Below, in pieces: positions 47,562-61,769 of a stretch of DNA of 64,000 nucleotides. The DNA comes from Lophium mytilinum. Taxonomy: Eukaryota. The stretch lies in the NCBI GenBank assembly GCA_010093605.1, contig MU004188.1, positions 623,673-687,672 of the forward strand, written 5' to 3'. The notes below the pieces were generated by a model. It was not told the DNA's origin. It was given only the letters and a program-made list of their open reading frames with translations, and ran no database searches. Each line of letters opens with the position of its first letter. Position 1 is the stretch's first letter. The translations under genes were made by a program, and so were the position numbers.

Positions 47562-48260
47562 ATGCTAGCACTCGCCTTGACAGCAGACTTGAGTGGGTAA
47601 GTAGATGCTTCAAGCTCAAAACTCCCAATTTTGACTTCAAAAGGGTCACCGACCTCCGCCCCGACGACACAGAAGATAATCCTTTCTTCTATACCTTCAA
47701 AGTGCAATGCACGTCCTGTCGGGAAACCCACCCGAACTGGGTGAGCGTGAGCAGATTTGTAAGGATATACACTCCATGCTTCTATAACAAAGTCTAAGAA
47801 TATATCAGGAAATGAACGAGCAAAGTGGTAGCAAAGGCGAAGCCAACTTCGTCTGGAGATGCAAGAACTGTAAGGTCATTGCGCTCTCGCCCATATATCA
47901 CAATAGCCTACTCACTAAACTATGTAGAGGGAGCACTCTGCCAATATTAAGGAGGCACCGAAATCATACCCGCTCTCTTCGCCGCCGAAGATTCAGAACA
48001 TCATCGAGTTTGACTGCCGGGGGTTGGAGTTCGTCGAGTTCAAGGCTGATGTGAGTGTTGGAAATGATGAGATGCTGACCGATATGGACGGAAGGCTAAT
48101 ATAGTGAATGGTATAGGGTGATTGGCTTGCCACAGGCCTCGAATCAAATACCAAATTCACGGCTATTGATCTGTCGGAAGGCGATTGGTACGATTACGAT
48201 GAAAAGGCGAACGACGAGGTCAGTATCAAGGACCTGAAGTGGCAAGTCCGGAGGGCTTAG
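47562..48260 (+). CDS. DUF866/UPF0587 (CZIB/C1orf123-like) CxxC zinc-binding protein, 5 exons
   Basis: Spliced product MLALALTADLSGVTDLRP...FKVQCTSCRETH...GEANFVWRCKNCKRE...FDCRGLEFVEF...GDWYDYDEKA...VRRA*. Confidence 0.88.
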
Positions 48261-48911
48261 GCGCTATGGATGTAACGATATGGGTACGAGACTTGAAAGA
48301 ATTGACATCAAAGTCTCACCATTGACGGGCCGAAAGACTGTCGGCCCGGAAAGGTACTTCAAGAGTGAATGTATGATTGCATAAATGAGCGGGACAATGC
48401 GGTTAGTACGAGTAAAACATAATGTTGTCTACGGTCTTTCAATACTTCACACCCGTATGCATCTATCGCCTACCACAGAGACCTTATTCCTATCGTCAAA
48501 AAGCAGTCATTATGCCAGCATGCCTCCTACAACTCAGCCTCACCCACTCTCAAATTCAAGACGCACTGGGACACTTCTAAACTAATCAATACATCAGAGC
48601 TTTCGTATCATTTCATTTGATAGCCTTTCTCGATGGTCTCACCACCCCCTTCAACATCCCCTTGATCTGCCCTTGATCACTTGCCATCGCCCCGAATCAC
48701 ACCCTTCTTCATCAATACTCTCCGCTAACTTGTCTCGTGGTCTCCAGCTTGAGATTCTTCTAACTCTTCATCTCTTCCAGTAATTGAACTTCCTCAAGTA
48801 CTCGGGATTCATTTTAAGATTGTGGTCTAGAATGCGATGCCTCTATGAATTTAAACCAGTCTAAGCTCTATACCAGCTGTCTCAAGATTCTCGCGACATA
48901 AGCGCCCATTT

Positions 48912-49901
48912 TCAATACTTCACTTCACCTCCCGCTGCGCCACTCGACGGCTTTAGAATCTGAAGCGCGTTCCCGAAGAAGCCCGACAACGCACCAACAT
49001 CATTGCATATACTAATCATATGAAACCCGTGCTCCTGGTACATCTTTGCCTGCTCAAGTCCAGTGCAGTAAATCCCCGTTCCCTTCCCATGTCGCCCCGC
49101 CGCCGCATGGATCTTCGCAATCGCCTCTTTAAGCTCTGGATGCAGCTCAGGGGCGAGAATTGGCCGTCCAATGTTATTCCCTAGATCAAAGGGTCCGATT
49201 AGGAGCACATCGATGCCGTCGATTGCGGCAATGGCGTCGACATTAGCTAAGGCTTCGGCGGTTTCAATCTGTACGATTGTGACGAGGGAGCCATTGGCTT
49301 GCTGCAGGTAGTCCATCAGGGCTACAGGTTTGTGAGGCCCGTCGGGGGAGGTTGAGGCGATGAAGGTGTTGGGTGCGAATGGTGAGCCGAAGCCGCGAGT
49401 TCCGAGCGGAGGGAACTTTGCGGATGACACGAGGCGGCGGGCATCTTCAGGAGTGTAGAGGAGCGGGACAATTATGCCATGAGCGCCAGAGTCAAGGGCT
49501 CCTGGAACCTCATCAGTAAATAGCCATTAGGAGGTGGCTGTGTCACGTGCGCTTCACCATCCAGGCTTCGTTTGCGGCGATGCGGACGACAGGACTGATG
49601 CCGAAACTGGCAACTGCAGTCACGGCTTCGTGCATTTGCGCGTCTAGGCCGGGTTAGTGAGGCTGGTCTCCTAAGTTGAGAGAGTGTCCTACCGTCTATG
49701 TTGCCATGTTCAGTGTCGACGCATATCCAATCAACTCCAGTAATAGCGAGAGTTTTGGAGATATTTGCCCCTGGAAGCATCTACATCGGGTGTCTTAGAG
49801 ATGAAAAGTGGGGAGGGAGAGGTAGATCTGTGTACCTGCCATGCTCCGAACGTTGCTCCGCCCTTCTTCAGAGCTTTGTGTAGTCGACTTGCGGATTGCA
49901 T
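48912..49901 (-). CDS. HpcH/HpaI aldolase/citrate-lyase family protein, 4 exons
   Basis: FGAWQ|MLPG, DWICVDTEHG, ALDSGAHGIIVP, FPPLGTRGFG, VQIET and DVLLIGPFDL. Confidence 0.9.
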
Positions 49902-50100
49902 CGTAGTGATTGATATGAAAGTAAAGGTCAAGGGTAAGGAACAGGTTGTAGGACACCAAAAGCAGCTCTAGGCGGGTCGTGATATACTTCTGGTGTCTAG
50001 TCGTCAATAAGCTTGTCATACCCCTCCACCCCTCTTCGTCATTCCTTACAGCTACCCCACAATATGCAGCACGCTAAAAGGGTCCAAACTCCCCGAGTTA

Positions 50101-50472
50101 TTACGGGTTCTTATCTTCCTCGGCTTCATCCATCAATCTTTGGACTTCGGCTTCTTTGAACCGGTGCATCAGCTTTCGGACGGCCGCTGTGGTTGTTTCT
50201 TCTCCCGGTCTGAATTTATCGACATGTATCTACTCGAGTAAGCGGAAGAACCGAGCTGAGAAAATGAGCACGCCTACTACAGGAGTGTCAAACTCATAAA
50301 TCTTCCATTTCTCCTTCCCTGGCTCCATCACATCGATTTCGGTATATTCGAACGGCCGTTGGTCCCATACATCTGACAGGACACGCTTAGCAGAGTCACA
50401 TAGAGAGCAATTAGCTCGCGTAAACAGTGTGACCTTGCAAGCATGATGGAGGAGCCGTGGAGATGGGAACAT
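50101..50472 (-). CDS. Glutaredoxin-like protein (DUF836 type), 2 exons
   Basis: VTLFTRANCSLCDSAK (CxxC), YEFDTPV|IHVD and KLMHRF, with the stop at 50101. Confidence 0.82.
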
Positions 50473-50706
50473 GGTTTGGAACGAAGATCTGAGAAGATGT
50501 TATGTGTGTGGATGACCATTGGACGAAAGGGGTTGAGCAATGAAAGCAGTGAATTCCAAGGCGGTGGCAGAACCCTGGTCACGTGGACTCCATCATACCG
50601 CTTCTCCTTCCAGAAGATTCGGATTCTCGAGCTCCCATCTTCATTTTGCAAATCTAGCTTCCATATTTTCACCATCCTCTCGTTCAACATCGTATAGACC
50701 GCAACC

Positions 50707-51750
50707 ATGGCAAAGAAATGCGTCCACAAAGGGTGTGGAAAGGTCTACACAGACGAGTCTGAAAAGTGCTCATATCACTCCGGCCCGCCTGAATTCCATG
50801 AGGGACAGAAAGGTGTCTGAGAGCCCGTCCGTAATTCCTCAAGGCGTCAGAGTTGACACTGTACAGGTTGGAAGTGCTGCAAGCCCCGAGTCCTCACCTT
50901 CGACGAATTCCTCTCTATTCCGCCCTGCACCACCGGCACACACTCCGATGTAGACGATACTCTAGCACCCGAGCCAGCTTCAGCTCCTGACCCCGAAGAG
51001 CCTGCCCCTGCGCGCGTCCCTGTCTCTATGGACAGTCTATCTGCAGCTTTACCCAAATCTGCATCACAAACAGCCCAGGCACGACCTTCACCGTCACCGG
51101 CCCCACCAGAGTCTGAGGATGATGATCCCGAGACACCCATTGTTACAGGCCAATCCTGCAGGCGCCGAGGATGCGATGGGAAATACTCAGGCAATCGGGA
51201 GGGGGAGCAATGTGTACACCACCCGGGTGCCGCTATATTCCACGAAGGCTCGAAAGGGTGGTCATGCTGCAAGAGGCGGGTACTGGATTTCGATGATTTC
51301 ATGAAGATCGAGGGCTGCAACACGAAAGATCGGCATCTATTTGTCGGGAGCAAGAAGAATGGCGGGGAGGAGAAACTGGACACAGTGCGGTATGTACGAC
51401 GGCGAAGCAAGCTTGTCACGGATACTAACAACAATAGCCACGACTTCTACCAAACCCCTTCTACCGTCATCGCCTCTCTATACCTCAAGAAGATAGATAA
51501 AGCAACATCGAGCGTGTCTTTCACATCAAGCAGCGTTGAGCTAGATTTACGGACCTCAGACAACAAGCGGTACCAGACCGACATGCCCTTATTTGGCGAG
51601 ATAAACCCTGAAACTAGTACCTTCAAGATCATGGGTACTAAGTTGGAGATTGAGCTCAAGAAGGCAACTGGGAGTAGTTGGCCAGTGCTGAAGAAGGATG
51701 ATCCGCTGACAGGAGAGATCTTGCAGACAGGAAGGGCTGGAAGGGTTTAG
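50707..51750 (+). CDS. CHORD and CS domain Hsp90 co-chaperone (Chp1/morgana-like), 3 exons
   Basis: CVHKGCGK..C.YHSGPPEFHEGQKGWKCC and CRRRGC..CVHHPGAAIFHEGSKGWSCC are two CHORD domains. DFYQTP...TKLEIELKKA..SSWP.L is the CS domain. Confidence 0.93.
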
Positions 51751-54700
51751 AAGTCATTCAAGAAAACGGTAGGTGATGGTCCAAGAAAAGATTGATGACA
51801 TAGACGATAGCATGAGGTAATTGAGTCTGTGAGTTCAAGCATTGGGTTCCTGTGCTGGTGTCTCGTTCTTCTGTGTCCTACTTGCCCCAAAGCTTTTTTG
51901 ATCCACCATTTAACAAAATCCATTCGCCGGTAATTTTCTCTTCTGCCCGCCGAGGGTTACTTTTGACCTAAGCTAAAAGAAATACCTTTGTATCATCCAA
52001 TATTATTGTTCTGTCGTTTACATCGAACTCTTCGCTCATAAAGGTTCCTGTCGCCTTCAAAATACTCTTTCTTATCAAGATTTACCCTCACGCCTTACTG
52101 TCGTGACTATACACCGTGTACCGTACTCAGGCCCCTCTCCTTCTACCACATAGTCTGGAACCTACATCACTGGAACCACGAAATTCATTCGTCGGCGGGT
52201 GTAGGAGTCTCCTCGGCGCTTCGTGTCACGCTGTTCATCGTGATAGAGCCGCACATGCCTGACATGTTGGAGCTTTTAGACACAGAGCTCGGATCTTCTC
52301 CACCTCGAAAGCGCAGCGGTGTAGAGCTGTCAGGTCTCGACCAATCTGACGGCCCCATGAACTCCGAATCCTCAAAGCAGGACGCTTCTGGAATCTTGAC
52401 CTCATAGGAAGCCCAATAGGAGACGCTTAATGCTCGATTCCGGATCCGTCAGCACAGTCCTATCGCTCCACCTCCTAACCAATCGACCCGGCATAGCACA
52501 ATCATCTTCCAGTCGCTCAACTCTCAATTACGTACCAAGACTGCCGCTATAGGCTGTCACCTCCACTCTCTCCGACATCTCCCATGACGCCCCTCCCCTG
52601 TCTCATGCTCAATCACGCAATCGCTTCACAAGCCTTCTCCCTCCGTTCACAACCAACCGTACTCCCTCAGAGTCCCGATTATAACGTCACACGACCCCCT
52701 CCCGCCACTGTTTCCGGGGTCCGTGGTCTCAGCCAGCTCATCAAGGCAGTCCCGCTTGTACTTCGGAGCCGGCGGAAATCGGATAGGATCGGGGAACATG
52801 ACAGATAGCAGGCCGAGTATCGGAGGTCTGGAGAGCTATAAGAAAGTCAGGTCCCGAGCATTCTACACGTTTTTTTCTTCAGAGGGACTTGTGGGACTTG
52901 GAGGACTGGGGTTTTCAAAGATAGGCAAAAATCGGGACCGATGGCATCGTTTCGGCTGTCTCCTTGCCGTAGGTCTAGCGATGGCCAAGTGTATGGTATG
53001 GTGTGGTGCAGCGTGGTCAGTCCTGGTTGAAGCATCGAGATGATGCGTCTCCAGAGCTGATGGGGGCAGAAAGAGGTTGACGAGGGAGGTAGGCTTCCCT
53101 CAGGTTATTTCCTTTTAGCCGACATGGACTCGAATGTGTGTGGTCTTTTCGGCTGCATATTGCTGCAGTTGATGGAGACTGCGGAATGAGCGCTGTAGTG
53201 TGCTCTAACAAACCAGTGGTTTTGGACATTGCATGGTTGGGTGTGTGGACTTGCTGAGATAGGAGGTCTGCCGGCTTCGATATTGGACACCGGTCTGTGG
53301 AGCTGCCGGAAGCGAAGGACCAACAACATCTCCATCCAGGTTGTGCGAGGGAAAAAATTTATGGCTGGGAAATCAAAACGATATGAGCGTTCGGCAACAT
53401 CCCAGAGATTGTCAGAGGTGATCCGGAGATCTCAAACAGTTTTCACGACAACACGAGAAATGTGGTTCGCGGGACTCGAAAAATTGGCTAAGACAAACGT
53501 CGTGCAGTACCCGAAATTGGACCGAGTTTGGAATAATGACAAAAGATGGTTGTCGACTCGCCAACCAAGGTCAAAGTCGTCTTCGGATCATGGAACTACC
53601 ACAATTTGAATGAGCGAAGGATAGCAATCAGCAACGTCACGCATTGTAGGTCGGAAGGGGACCTTCTCGCTTAAGAGGAATAGAGCAACCCCTTTACCAA
53701 ACTGGGCAAGCCGTCATTGAAAGGCAAGACTCCAACGGGTGCAAGCCCATGTCCACATGTGTGGTCGTGTGCGGATTACTGCGCCCTGTTAAGGCTTTAC
53801 AGTTCACCGGTAATGCCTTCGAATGTGCTCTTTCCCGACTATCTTCGAACATAATGGAACAAATGCGCAGGGAATACATGGGCATAGGATCCAGTGTTAT
53901 GGGGATAATGTCAAGATCATTCGGTCTTTCCATGATCAAGTTCCTTATCATCGGCATGCCAGATCTGCCTTTAAGATGAAAGACGCAGCGCGCACATTTA
54001 GCATGGGGCTAGTCAGCAACGTCGCTCGTAAATGGTTATGCTCAGGAGGCAGGCAGATCAGGGACATCAACGGGGCCATCAACACGCGGTCGTCGCTTCA
54101 TCAACAATCGAAACATTCGTGGCGCTGGCTCTTCTGGTTGGGCAGTCGGAGTGATCATTACAATCTGAAAGGGAGAGACGACGTCTTGCCATGACTGGTG
54201 GGCTCTCCAAAGCCTCGGATCATTGCAGCCCGTGTGAGAGCTTCGTGGGATATTAGCATTCCTTCTTTGCTACCATCATTAGCGAATCCAGTATATCTCC
54301 GAGTCCAAATTAACATCGGCTATGATTGAGCGAGATGTTCTCTGCAATTACATTCAATCTGATTTCACGATTCTGAGTCTTGGCTACTCAATCAATCTCG
54401 ACGCCAAAGATGTTCAGGCTGTGTTTCCGCAGCTAGAGCTGCATAAAACACGATTCACCGACACGACGCATGTTGCGCGTGATATGCACCATCCTGCGAA
54501 CAAAAGACCCATCGGATGCTGCCTTTTATTCTCAAGAAACAGCCAAAATATGAATTGAGACTCTCATGAGGATCTGCAAGCTTTGCTGAATTGTAGCATG
54601 CTGAATGAAAGCAGCGGTATTCTTAAGGAGAAATCGAAGCAAGGCGATGAGCAACTGCTCCTCGACTTTTCGATTCCTTAAACTAGAGTTTGACATTTGC

Positions 54701-57700
54701 TACCTATCTCCACCTCGATCGGGCCCACTCATCGTCGATGACTCCTGAGGTATGGAAACCGTATGAAATCTGTTTTGAAAAGACAACATGCACATCATGG
54801 ATGTGAGTGTCAAGTGGGAATTACAGCCCAGTTTGTACTAAATACTGTTGAAGTGAGTCGATTAAAACGCCGGGACGGGTGCAGTACATCTATTGTATCT
54901 CGTGTAGAGTTGGAACACTGCGAGCATTAAGAGTATTGGATGTGCGTTGCTACGAGAGAATGGTTGCTAGACTAGTTGCGTCTATATTAGGCCGGCTGAG
55001 TATCCATCGTAGCAGATCAGTTGTACCCATGGTTCCTACAGAGTGGAGACCTAGGGCGGCAAGGGGATGACTGGACTGCATGCGGCAAGCATATATTCAA
55101 CGCGCTGGCATCCGATAGGAAGATCCGGGTACCACCGACATTCACTGCGGAACCTCTGGCACATCACATATGCCGCTGGCGAGAAATCCCAATTCCGGAG
55201 ACCACGTGTGATTTCAGTCACGTAGGAAGCAGGCTATATGGAGTATGGTCTGCTTCAGGCCATGCTATCCCGCTCGGTCATGCTGCTCGTAGAGGCTCCA
55301 GCATGCTCATAGTGTCGAAAAATATTTCGCTCTTGCACAGTGCTTGTCTTTCCCCGGCAAAGAAATCATCAAATCCGCCAGGAATGGTCTGCGATGATCC
55401 TGCCGGGTTGGGTGGGGTTTTTCTTTTCCAAAAGATTGAACGCTCTCTCATGACCCAAGTTTGAAGATCGAAACCTTGGGATACTATTGCCGCTTCATAT
55501 GTCCGCCCGACATCTGAAAATTCCTTAGGTACTGTGCCACTGACTAATGGAGTGCAGTGCGCCTCGAGAGATCCTATAAGGAGTGGTGACCTGTCCCTCC
55601 ACTCCTCCATAGACGAGGCGTGGTAGAATCAGGAGGAGATACATTCGTATGACTCGATACATGGTATAGTTAGATCGCAACCCGGCCAAGCTCAACCATG
55701 TTAGCCTTTCAACGATGCAATATGTCGCTCGCATGAAGGAGGGCGGATATAAGAGATCTTGTGATACGCCATAGGAACACTCGGGTTCGTTGGGGGGAAA
55801 AGCTAAGGACTGGCGCCAGGCACAAGATCTTCAACCAGGAAGCATCCGACTGATGATAAGAGATCCGAGATGTCGGCCGGTGAAGCAGCATGGAAACCGT
55901 GATGAAGGTTCTTCTAGAATGCGAGTCTACGTCTACCCTGTCGAACTGGGCTGTTTCTACACAGCATGTAGAGCCTCCGCTGTTTGGCGGTTCAGAAGCC
56001 AAAGGAGTATCCTGCATACCGGGCAATGAGTTAATTCGAGCCATGACTATCCGCGAAGAGTAACATGAATTATCACTCATTAGATAGGAGGATCCTTCAT
56101 GATTTCCTACAGTCTCCGGAATAATATTCGCTTTCGATTCCTTCTCTGGAGAGCGATTAGCCGCCAAAACATGCAAAGTGTCAAACACATAGCGGCGATT
56201 GTGTAGTCATGAGCAGCGAGCTGGAGCAATGACCTGCCTACCCACAACCTCGAAGGTATCTTGAATGGTGCACATGGAAATTAATTGTGGGCTGCCTTTC
56301 GAAAAGACAGCGATACGAGACAGCATGGTGTCGCGGGCTTGCTCGCAAATTAAGTGCTTTGGACTACGACGTTTTCCAATCAGCGTTCCTGGACCGTATG
56401 TATACAGCCACATATTAAACATGCACAAGCAGTTGAAGATGGAAAAAGCATCACGAAGGACGAACTGCCACAGATATCGACCATCACCCGGCATTGCACA
56501 GTTTAGCAAACGAGCAATGTCTCTAGTTGTAACTGCGCGTCTGGATCTGCATCAAACTAGCTGAACTTACCATGGGCAGAATCGCTGGAAGAGTCCATGC
56601 CGACAGGTCACGACTGTTACAAAGTCTATTCATAGCATACTATGACGCGTGGGAGTCTTTCTCCTGGAGAATAAAGTCACTATCATCGTCGCCGCGTGAG
56701 TGGATCGGATTTTAATCAACCTCTATAGACTGTAAAGGCTATGTGGCGTGGACTTTGCGCTTCGCACCCGATTGAGAAGGCCGCTACGGCCTTGGCTAAG
56801 ATGAGATCCAGAACTCAGAATCAGAATGAGCAGCAGCAGATTCTAGTAGAGATCGCCTAACGCTACTTATTTTCGAATGTTAGGTACCGTAGCTGTCTTC
56901 TAAATGACTGAACTCCGAGGTTGCTCATCTATGGAATCGCAATGGACACGTCGACTACTCCTGGGCAAACTTCGACGCGAATAGATCTGTGCCGCGGAGG
57001 ACCCTTCAGCACAGAATCACGAATCCGACTCTATACCGCCCATGTGGGCGGGTCAGCGCGGTCAAGCTTCCGTAGTCGCAGTTTCCGATGGTGTCAGGAC
57101 AATGATTGCATCGGAATATGGTGACTTGGAAGCAAGACCTCGGATTTCCACGACCAATACCGCCACCACCAACGATATAACCCCAGAGCAAGCAGCCACG
57201 TTCAACTGGGGCGAAGCCCGTGACCTGGCCCCGTGGTTGCCTATAGAGATCTGTCTACCTCCGCCGCCATTGATGGTACTGGGTCTGAGGTTGTCTATAA
57301 AAACTTTCAACTCTTCCTGCGTAGGTGGACCCGGGGGATCCCGTGAAGATAGGCCTGATGCCACCGCCGTAGAGCAGCTTCTCGAGAACCGTCAAAAGAG
57401 GCTAAAATATGGGTGATGTCTTGAGTTCAAAATCATCGTCGCTGGACTGTTATGACAAGAAGCTGGAAAAGACTGAATAGAACATGTGGTACATCAACTA
57501 TATGTGGTGTCCCAAAGACGGATTACTCGTTCCATATGAGTGTTCGAATGGAAGCGTAACGTGGTGTGAGTGAGAGTGTGCTTCCTCCACTTTACCGAAA
57601 ATGCTTCGCCACCCCCAAATCAGTCGAAGACAACGCTGAAAATCGGTGCTTGTATGATCAAAACCTCTTCGGATGTCTTTGACGAATGCGGCTGCTTCTC

Positions 57701-60700
57701 TTCGCCCGAGAATCAAGTATTCAAGCCGCATTATGTATTACTTGCGGTCCCAGAAAGCGGTGGACCATTTCAAAATCAACAAGGGGCACTGGATTGCGAT
57801 GGTTTTGCGCTCTGTGTTGGATTTGGTACCGTTTCTGCAGTTCAAACAAGTACTCTTTTCGCTGGCATGAGCTTTTTGAAGCTCTCTCGAGAACGTGGTG
57901 TGCAAAACAACGGCAAATGCTTCACGATGCCCAGTAGAAGACATCGAAGCACTTTTCACAGTCACTTGACCGAAGACGTTTGAGTGGGTGCCTATAAGCT
58001 CCGCTGCTTCACCGTGTCTGAATACCCTTACCTGCAGACACTTATGACCATAGCTGTCCCCTATGGCCCCCAAAGAGTTACACTGCACTCATTGCATCCA
58101 AGAATGAGGTTATTGAGAAGAAGCAGATTTGCTTCATGAGCTTCGAAAGCTGAACTCCCCAGAATCTATGCTCCAGAGATTTCAAAAGCTTCCTTCCGAC
58201 ATCTGTGGTCTCACTGGAACATTTTCATGGTCATGAACATGTGGACCAAGCACGGTAGAACGCCCGAAAACATACGAGAAGATGGGCAACGTATGAAAGC
58301 GTCGTTCTATTCAAAAGCGTGCAGCGAAATACTGCGACGGCGTATTCAAGATCGCTACTGCTACTTCAATGAGGTCGAACAGAGTCGTCACCGACTCGAT
58401 CTACTGGCGCTTGGTCGGGTCCTTTGAGCTTACTAGGTTCGAGACCTAGAAAGTCGAGGAGGAGTAGTCCATGGAGTGAAAGCGGGACGCATCCACACCA
58501 AGCAATTCAGGGTATGCTCAACTTGAATCTGGATTCTTATTGGCGATATGGTTGGTGCGAAGCGGAGTGAAGTGCAGAGACCGTGTCAGCTCTTCGAAGA
58601 CGAAGCTTTCTGGTACCGATCGAACATTGTGACCTCAGACCTGGTTCCTTGCGTGTGCCGTAGTGTCTCGGGCTAAGCGCTTGATGACTACGATTAATAC
58701 CTGGTCTCAAATTTGGTTATGTCTTCGTCAAAACTCGGCACAAATGAAAGACTAATGGAAAAGGCTCTCGCATATACTCAGCACTAGTCACTTTGAATGG
58801 TCCACATGGAGGTCGACTCTTGTGAAGAAGTATAAGAGTCATTGCTTACGGAGCGGACTCCATAACCACTACTCATAATCTACAATGAGTTTGGGGAGGA
58901 GGCGGGTGAAATCCCTCGCATTGCGGTGACCTATCAGTTTATTCAGTACTTTCAAGAGTGTGATGAAGGCAATCATGTTCTGTGAAGTAGTAACAGCTGT
59001 CGTGTAACCAAGTCGTTGGGCGAAAGGCATCATGAAAGATGGGTGAAAAGAATAACGGAGACCGATGGGTGGGACTGTCTAGCACGCGAAGAAAGTGTCG
59101 TACTTCACCATGTTCGACGTCGATGGGTTCTGCTGGTGGGGTCTCCAAAACCCCTCAGCACCCGTTTATGACTTGGGGAGTATTGGTAGCTCGATCTCTT
59201 CACGATATCCAGGAACGTGAGCACTGCCTGCTCTGCGAGTAGACATGCGTTCAAGAGGCAGCGAAAAGGGAGGCGATGTGGAGCTGTGTGTATGTTGCAC
59301 TGGACTTAGACGCATGGCACTGTCTCGTGCGCGAATGCAAGTATCCTACTCCACTCTACTTGGCGGAAGGGAAAAATGCAATGGAGTGGCCTCCATAGCG
59401 TCCACCAAAAGATGGCGATAAGCTGAGAATCAGCGGGCTAGATCCGCTCAAGCAATGAGTTGTTTTATTGGGCGAGACTGGGTCCGGAGAGAGCGCCATG
59501 CTCTGCGAGTAGTCGCAGTCCAAAATTAAGATGGAGACGCTTTTAACGTGGAGATGCGGGAAAACCGCACTAGGTTCTATCCTCCCTCTTAGGGAAATAT
59601 CGCGGGCGAAACAAGCACTTACCTCCATCTGCTTTCACCTTTGTAGGGCTGCGAGATACTGCAGCGAAGTCTGCATCGAGATTCGAGGATTGCTCAGCCG
59701 AATGCTGTTGACAGGGAGGGAGTAAGTTGAACAGAATTCGATGGCAAAAGTGTCATCTGGGTAGGTCAAGTGATCAGACCTTAACCTAGGTACTGCGTTA
59801 GCTCTGCGGAAGCGGTAGTAGTGCTATTATGAGATTTGATGCATTTGGGATGTGGAGAGGCACATGTGCCAGATTTAGAAGTCCCGGAGGACTGTCCTTA
59901 GCCCTCGACCTACCAGGGCCCTTCTCACAGCAACCACCTATTAGCAATATGACTCCTTGTGTGTCTCCATTTTGTCTGTGCCACAGCTGAAATGTGCTCC
60001 GCTTCCCTCTGCGTAACAGCACGTGACTCTCCACATGATCCTCGGAGGAAAGCTTAGCTCTCGCTTGTACTGCACCTACGGCGCTGTCACTCTAGTCTCT
60101 TTCCCCTTCTTAGCGTATTACGCGTCATCGCCGTCCACACCTCAATCCTCTGTGATCCTCTATAGAGCCGTGACAGTCTGTGGGTAGTCACTACAGCATA
60201 TGATAAATGAACAAGTCATCATGTGGGCTAGAACTGGGATGCGAAACCTTCAACCACGGTTCATTCTCAAAATTCATCATCGACAAATGCGATCGTTCCA
60301 TGGATTCAAATCTCTAGCGAGCACACTTTTCTGTACTTGAAATCAAATAGATAACTTTTGTTTCTCGCTTTCTTCTTCTTCTCAAAGCGTGACCCGCAAC
60401 CCGGATAGAACATCGCACATTTCACGCATCACATCTACCTCGACTGACGCAACATCAAAGACATTCAAGTAGCAGGACGATGAACATAATAGCCTGTGTC
60501 TACGATTTGAACTGAACTGACCTAGCCAGAACTCCCTCTCCTAGACACACATTTCGAACCTTGCTGACATTCATCCTAGACTCTACTCTACGACTGCGGC
60601 AGGCTTCCATCTTTTCAATGACTTCTTCTCCGCTGGCCCTCCATCGCTGTGACGGCACCACGAACCAGCCATCACGACTCTTGCCATCCACTCCAAAACT

Positions 60701-61769
60701 CGAGACATCTTTGAAGTATCCCTGCCATCTGGAAAGGCATGCCAACCTTCACTCGCGACACCGGTATCCTATCCCCCCTCCCTTTCTTTCGCGGAGTCAA
60801 CATCCCAGATTGTGTCGAAGAGCAAAGCTGAATGCCGCGAACTAAAATGAGCTCGACGGTCCTCGAGGCTCCATCCCAGGCGGAAATTCGCCAAAGGCAA
60901 TATTTTGAATTTAGCTGCGCCACGCATGACACCGCGTCCGGGAATTCAAGATGCCGTGGGAGCAGCCCTGACGGTGGCAACAAGATGCCACAACCCGTTT
61001 CGGCAGTGCAGATTCAGCGCCGTACTGACACCGCACCATCTAAAACGCACCGAGAAGTCAGCACGATTAGAGTATCCGAAACCACAAGTCGTTGACCTGA
61101 TCAAGACGTACCAGAGCAATGAAGTGGCTCCAAATTCTCCACGAAGTTGTATCCGAGCGGTAAATGGGGCTCAACGGCGGCCTGATCGCGATGCGCGGCA
61201 TGCAGTCTAAAGGTTCGAGGCGGAGATCGCTCGCCCGTCGAGAGTGTATCAGAACGCGCACCGTGAAAGCACCGAGTCAAGCAACGACGCTTCCGCTTGA
61301 TTCTGGTAATCGAAAGATGTCGGGCGGCTGTAGCTGAGCTTGATTGAGAGACCTGAGATGAGCTGCATTAGCATGTGTGTCAAGAGGGAGAAGATCGTCC
61401 GGCATACGCACCGAGTCGATTTGGGTACATGCCGGCTTTTCTAATTGTGGTGAGACAGCTGAACTCTGTGTTCAAAAAAAAGACGACGAAATGTCCGTCG
61501 TGGTCCACGTGATAGTCCAGGAGAAGGCACAAGTTCCGCAAATCAGTATGCTTCAGATGCTGATCCAGTCGCAGTGAGGGTGTTGGACTCGTCGGTATTC
61601 AAAATTGGGTGGACGGATCTGAGCAATGATGTTCCGCAATTCGTGATGCCTTGGCTGATTGAATTGTGGTGAGATTACTGAGCTCGTCGAGAGGAGTTGT
61701 TGAAGTGGGTAGTCCGACCTAGCACACACAGCGTGTAAAAGCACGACACATCAGCCTAAGCTGAGTCGG